Positions 34,152 through 38,486 of a DNA stretch of 38,486 nt are shown here, piece after piece. How positions within the stretch are numbered: the stretch's first letter is position 1; each line of letters starts with the position of its first letter. Origin of the DNA: a crenarchaeote SCGC AAA261-N23. Lineage in GTDB: Archaea; Thermoproteota; Thermoprotei; Gearchaeales; Gearchaeaceae. The position numbers were made by a program, and so were the translations under genes. Under the pieces are notes generated by a model that searched no databases, was not told the origin of the DNA, and saw only the letters and a program-made list of their open reading frames with translations. The DNA is taken from the NCBI GenBank assembly GCA_000375685.1, contig AQVQ01000003.1, positions 1-38,486 of the forward strand, read 5' to 3'.

Positions 34152-37025
34152 TTATTCTATATACAGTCCTATTTTAAAAGGTAGGGATCTTTTTGCCTTA
34201 TTCAGTGGATCGTAAATTACTTTCTCATCTTCTTTATATACTTTTACTTTTATTCCTTCTTTGCTATAGTATCTTTCCAACTCTTCAATAACCGCTTTAT
34301 CTATTTCTTCAGCATGATCAATGGTTTTCCTTAAAAGCTGATCCAAAGTATAGTAGTATTCAGCTAGTGTAGAAATTATCTGTTTCTGATTTTCTATTTT
34401 AAATTTTGAATTTATGATGCCCAAGACTTCTTTTTGTCCCTTGCCTTTCTTAGCTAGAAAATTAATTTCTTTTAAAATTTCGTATTTGACTTCCGAGGGT
34501 TCGTAAATTATTATGCTTTTAATCTGTTCTTTTTTAGCCATTATATTTTGTATATCGCTAAGGATTTTTACAAATAGCAACTCTCTTGCTTCTTCTTTTT
34601 CATTTATCAGATTTTCATTAGCTGAAGGCCAATTTGCCAAGGAAACAAATCCGGTTTTTCCCAATCTTTCCCATAGTTCTTCGCACGTATGCGGAATTAT
34701 GGGAGTAAGTAGTTTAATCCATGTTTCTAGTACCATCCTTATCACTGAAATGTTGGGTTTTTCTACCCTTTTCAAATACCATTTTACATCAGACCATATC
34801 TCGTATAACGCTATGTTGGTTGCACTTCTAATTTTCAGTTCTTCAAAAAATTCGGTAACTTGTTTTATTCTCTTTTGTAGAACACTTAAGATCCATTTAT
34901 CCAAGGATGTATTTTCGTTAGTTCCTTCAATAGTAATTAGCTTAGAAATAAAATTAAAAAGCGAGTTAAGAGTATTTTTAGTTTGATTCAAACCCTTGGA
35001 AGTCCATTCTACATCGTCCAAACCTTCCGCAGCCAAAGCCAGAAATAATCTTATTGTATCTGCGCCGTATGTATCCACGGCTTCCTGAATAGAAATTATA
35101 TTTCCTTTAGATTTTGAAAGTTTCTCTCCTTCCAAATTCATAAGGCCGTTAATACCTATTGCTACTGGCCATTTGTCTTCTGGAAATATTGCTACATGAT
35201 GGTAAATGAAAAAAGTCAAATGATTATAAATTAATTCTTTTGCTGAGTTTCGTAAATCTACTGGATACCAATACTCAAATTCTTCTTTAATTTCATTAAG
35301 AAGATGTTCATCTATACCACATCTTTGACTCACTTGTGCTGGATCACCTTTTCCTAAAAAGATATAATCAAAAAATTCGTGCAGCATATTCTTTTCGGTT
35401 ATAAGGCCTTGGTTTACATATTTCGCTATGATATAATAAGCCATGTAAATTGTAGAATCACTAAGAGGTTCGATTATCCAGCTTTTATCCCATGGCAAAT
35501 TAGTACCTAAACCAGATTTTCTTGTGCAAGCTTTATCTTCAAGCCATTCAACAGTATCTATAAACATTTTCCTTGCTTCATTGGGGTAGAATTTCATCCG
35601 ATCAATAGCTTTTCTGACCAAAGATTTCCAATTTTCATCTGAGTACTTTAAAAACCATTGATCTTTAAAAATCGCTACTATACATCTTGTACCGCATCTG
35701 CAAATAACTGGAGAAGGTGTATCATAAAGCTTATCTAGCATTGACTTGCTTGCTAATTCTTCAATGATTTTTTTTCTAGCTTCACTCACATTCATTCCTG
35801 AATAGTTTAAGCAATTTTCCTTGAGTTTGCCTTTTTTAAATTCTTCTGAATATACCAATTTCGTAGCTTCCTCAAGTTTTGGATCATTTTGGTTTTTTAT
35901 CTTCATCTTTTTTACCACTTCTATTGCAGAATAATCACCGAATTCGTCTGTGTGTATAATTGAAATAGGTTTGATTTTTATAATATCTTCTTTATTCAAA
36001 TTAAATCTCCTTAGCATCTCTTCATTATTTAGTAGATCAATCAATCCAACATAGTCATACGGAGCATGAGCCGGAACACTATATACTATTCCTGTTCCAA
36101 GTTTAGGATCGATAAAAGTAGCAGGGAGTATAGGTATTTCCTTATTAAACACAGGTTCATAGGCTTTCTTACCTATGAAGTATTCAGCACTTTTAATTTC
36201 TATGATTTCTGGTTCGAAATCTTGTTCCTTTAACTTTGTAATTGTGGGTTTTGATACAAACCAGATTTCTCCTTTTACTTTAACTTTTGAATATTCTTCA
36301 TCCGGTTTAATCCAAATGTTAGTTACACCGAAAATAGTTTCAGGTCTTAAAGTTGCTGCAACTAAAAATCCATCTTCGAATTTAAATTTAATTAAGTAAA
36401 ATATATCAGGCGAAACACCTTCCCCTTCTAATCTATCATGATCTCCTGTTGGAGATTTGTCATTCGGACACCATATCACAGGATGAGTACCTTTCGTAAC
36501 GTAACCCTTATCTCTTAAAACCTTATATTGCCAGCCTACAAATGCACTGTATTCCTTATTAAGTGACGTGGTATAAAATTCTCTTCTCCAATCAACTAAA
36601 TATCCTAATCTCATTATTGCAGGTTTAGCCCTTTCTGTATAGTATTTAGCTATGTAAATTGGATCTACAAAATTCTTTATATCATCGTCTGAAATCTTAT
36701 CTATTCTTTTCAATAGATTAATCAATTTCTCGTCGCCTTTCGCTATTCTTTTTGCCGTTCCAGCTATAGGTTCACCTGTCCAATGCCAAGCCATTGGAAA
36801 AAGTACATTGAATCCCTGCATTCTTTTATATCTACCATAAAATTCTCCTCTTGAAGAGGTAAATGCAAATCCTATATGTAAATGGCCATTCATATATGGA
36901 TACGGAATAGTTATAAAGATTTTTTTCTTATTTTTTATGGGATCAGCTTCATTAATTTTAGCTTTATACCATCTTTCTTGCCACTTCTTTTCTATCTCAA
37001 AAAAATTAATTTCTTGTTCGGACAT
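34152..37025 (-). CDS. leuS: Leucyl-tRNA synthetase, archaeal/eukaryotic type
   Basis: PYMNGHLHIGF, WHWTG, DHDRLEGEG, ATLRPET, SVPAHAPYD, IEPLSDSTIYMAYY, KLSKS. Confidence 0.96.
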   Translation of the reverse strand: MSEQEINFFEIEKKWQERWYKAKINEADPIKNKKKIFITIPYPYMNGHLHIGFAFTSSRGEFYGRYKRMQGFNVLFPMAWHWTGEPIAGTAKRIAKGDEKLINLLKRIDKISDDDIKNFVDPIYIAKYYTERAKPAIMRLGYLVDWRREFYTTSLNKEYSAFVGWQYKVLRDKGYVTKGTHPVIWCPNDKSPTGDHDRLEGEGVSPDIFYLIKFKFEDGFLVAATLRPETIFGVTNIWIKPDEEYSKVKVKGEIWFVSKPTITKLKEQDFEPEIIEIKSAEYFIGKKAYEPVFNKEIPILPATFIDPKLGTGIVYSVPAHAPYDYVGLIDLLNNEEMLRRFNLNKEDIIKIKPISIIHTDEFGDYSAIEVVKKMKIKNQNDPKLEEATKLVYSEEFKKGKLKENCLNYSGMNVSEARKKIIEELASKSMLDKLYDTPSPVICRCGTRCIVAIFKDQWFLKYSDENWKSLVRKAIDRMKFYPNEARKMFIDTVEWLEDKACTRKSGLGTNLPWDKSWIIEPLSDSTIYMAYYIIAKYVNQGLITEKNMLHEFFDYIFLGKGDPAQVSQRCGIDEHLLNEIKEEFEYWYPVDLRNSAKELIYNHLTFFIYHHVAIFPEDKWPVAIGINGLMNLEGEKLSKSKGNIISIQEAVDTYGADTIRLFLALAAEGLDDVEWTSKGLNQTKNTLNSLFNFISKLITIEGTNENTSLDKWILSVLQKRIKQVTEFFEELKIRSATNIALYEIWSDVKWYLKRVEKPNISVIRMVLETWIKLLTPIIPHTCEELWERLGKTGFVSLANWPSANENLINEKEEARELLFVKILSDIQNIMAKKEQIKSIIIYEPSEVKYEILKEINFLAKKGKGQKEVLGIINSKFKIENQKQIISTLAEYYYTLDQLLRKTIDHAEEIDKAVIEELERYYSKEGIKVKVYKEDEKVIYDPLNKAKRSLPFKIGLYIE

Positions 37026-37026
37026 T

Positions 37027-38484
37027 TCAAGTTAATTTGCTATTCAAATAGTTTATAGTTTCTTTAATCACTTTATCTGATTCAAATTTACTACTCAGAT
37101 ATACTCTAGAAAATTTATTATCACCGCCTCCCTTTCCTTCAGTAACGTTAATAATATTTTTCGCAATCTCATTTGCTCTAATACCTTTATTTATAGCATC
37201 ATCTCCTGCAAATATCATAACAAACGTTTGATCTTTCTTTTGTGAATAAACTAATAATACAGAATCTTTACTTTCTTTACGGAATATTTCCCCTAGACTT
37301 ATAATATCCTCTTCACTTAAGTTTTGCGAATCAATAAAATAAAATTTGACTTCCTTAGAATATACAGGGTTATCTTTAATATTTTCATAAATCTCGGTAG
37401 CTAAACTCTTTCTTAACCTTTCCATCTCTTTTTTAAGCAATTTATTTTCTGTGACCACTTTATTTATTCCCTCAAGTATTTTATTTAGAGGAGCATTTAG
37501 GGTTGTAGATATACTTTTCAACAAATCCTCACTATTTTCAATATATTCTAATGTTTTTATTCCTGCTGTATAAACTATTCTTTCTATACCGTCTTGTATG
37601 CGCTCAGCTTTGATTATCTTAATCAATCCTACCTCACCTGTACTTTTAACATGAGTGCCACCACAGGCTTGATGATCATAATCTCCAATACTAACAACTC
37701 TAATTATTCCTCCTTCATATACACCTCCTTGATACAATCCGAAACCATATTTTTCTTCTGCCTCCCTTCTATCCATGAACTTAGCAGTAACAGGTATGTT
37801 CATAAGAACTAGTCTATTAGCCTCTTTTTCTATTAATTTCAATTCCTCGTCGCTTATTCTTCTATAATGTGTAATATCTAGTCTTCCTTTTTCTTCGTCT
37901 TTATGTGATCCAGCTTGCCATACATGATTTCCTAAAATTTTTCTTAGAGAATAAAGTATTATATGTGTAGCTGTATGATGCCTCATTATATTAATTCTTC
38001 GTTCAAAATTAACTTCACCTACAATTTCCTTCCCTTCAACATCTTCTAAATTGCCTTTAACTTTATGCAGTATTACATTACCTGACTTATAAACTTCTAC
38101 AACTTCTAGAACTTTATTTTTGTAATATATTTTCCCAGTATCATAAATTTGACCGCCTCCTTCTGGATAAAATGCGGTTTTATCCAAGATTATCCAAGAT
38201 GGTTCAATCGCTTTTATAACTTTTGCCTCAAATGTGCTGAGATACGGATTTTCGTAATATATAGGGTAAGTTGCTGGTATATTTGGAACATTTGGTATTT
38301 CGGCTTTTTGAGAAACCTTGGGCATCGTAGCCTCATGTTTCTCAACAATTCTTGTTAGAAAATCTTGTGGAACAGTTATACTGATATTATATTTAGCGGC
38401 TTTTTCTTCTACAAATTCAGGGCTAATTCCATGTGAATCATATAATTCTATTAACTCATCAATATTAAACTTTTCTTTTTTATT
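37027..38484 (-). CDS. alaS: Alanyl-tRNA synthetase, middle to C-terminus (editing and C-Ala domains); frame open to the window end
   Basis: TAFYPEGGGQ, HHTATH, QACGGTH, GKGGG; the frame continues upstream of the tracked ATG (38325) through ...EEKAAKYNISITVPQDFLTRIVEKHEAT to the edge. Confidence 0.92.
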   Translation of the reverse strand, partial: NKKEKFNIDELIELYDSHGISPEFVEEKAAKYNISITVPQDFLTRIVEKHEATMPKVSQKAEIPNVPNIPATYPIYYENPYLSTFEAKVIKAIEPSWIILDKTAFYPEGGGQIYDTGKIYYKNKVLEVVEVYKSGNVILHKVKGNLEDVEGKEIVGEVNFERRINIMRHHTATHIILYSLRKILGNHVWQAGSHKDEEKGRLDITHYRRISDEELKLIEKEANRLVLMNIPVTAKFMDRREAEEKYGFGLYQGGVYEGGIIRVVSIGDYDHQACGGTHVKSTGEVGLIKIIKAERIQDGIERIVYTAGIKTLEYIENSEDLLKSISTTLNAPLNKILEGINKVVTENKLLKKEMERLRKSLATEIYENIKDNPVYSKEVKFYFIDSQNLSEEDIISLGEIFRKESKDSVLLVYSQKKDQTFVMIFAGDDAINKGIRANEIAKNIINVTEGKGGGDNKFSRVYLSSKFESDKVIKETINYLNSKLT

Positions 38485-38486
38485 GA
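38392..38486 (-). repeat. 95-bp perfect inverted repeat, right copy, ending at the window edge
   Basis: Exact reverse complement of 33549-33643. Confidence 0.97.

Noticed and set aside
37027-38325. Stand-alone AlaX-like editing gene or naturally split alaS starting at ATG 38325
   Set aside because: The frame stays open upstream to the window edge and includes sequence identical to the + strand alaS, so this is the continuation of one gene, not an independent ORF.
24859-38358. Short opposite-strand ORFs at 24859, 25982, 26369, 29766, 31353, 33316, 34513, 36175, 37594 and 38149
   Set aside because: Antisense to ribosomal-protein, translation-factor or synthetase genes; no independent support.
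1-38486. CRISPR arrays, rRNA genes, IS elements, tRNA introns or split tRNAs
   Set aside because: No regularly spaced repeats, long GC-rich structural RNA or transposase motifs were seen, and all seven tRNAs fold as contiguous cloverleafs.

Overview
AT-rich archaeal chromosomal segment, most likely from the TACK/Thermoproteota group (PolB1-type polymerase, archaeal ribosomal-protein order, aIF6, Spt5, no ftsZ before secE). Most of the window is housekeeping: polB1, an XPD-like helicase, UbiD, an HD phosphohydrolase/tmk operon, pyrH, aRF1, the rnp4-rps19e-PDCD5-rpl39e-rpl31e-eif6-rpl18a-pfdA-ftsY-argF-secE-spt5-rpl11-rpl1-rpl10-rpl12-alaS run, leuS, and seven intron-less tRNAs. Three things stand out. 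(1) A ~10 kb type IV pilus-like locus (11844-21914) lies between two tRNA-Leu genes. It has an assembly ATPase interrupted by a 312-aa intein with a decayed endonuclease, a TadC/FlaJ-like platform, six minor pilin-like proteins with mixed signal types, a repeat-containing adhesin and a major pilin with a non-canonical cleavage site; a prepilin peptidase sits at the window start. (2) alaS is broken at 33643 by an inversion junction, and a perfect 95-bp inverted copy of alaS runs exactly to the window end; this is most likely an assembly or amplification chimera, though a real inversion cannot be excluded. (3) A bacterial-type long-form NADP 6-phosphogluconate dehydrogenase sits just downstream of tRNA-Thr. 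No CRISPR array, integrase or transposase was seen. All calls come from reading motifs by eye; no database search was run.
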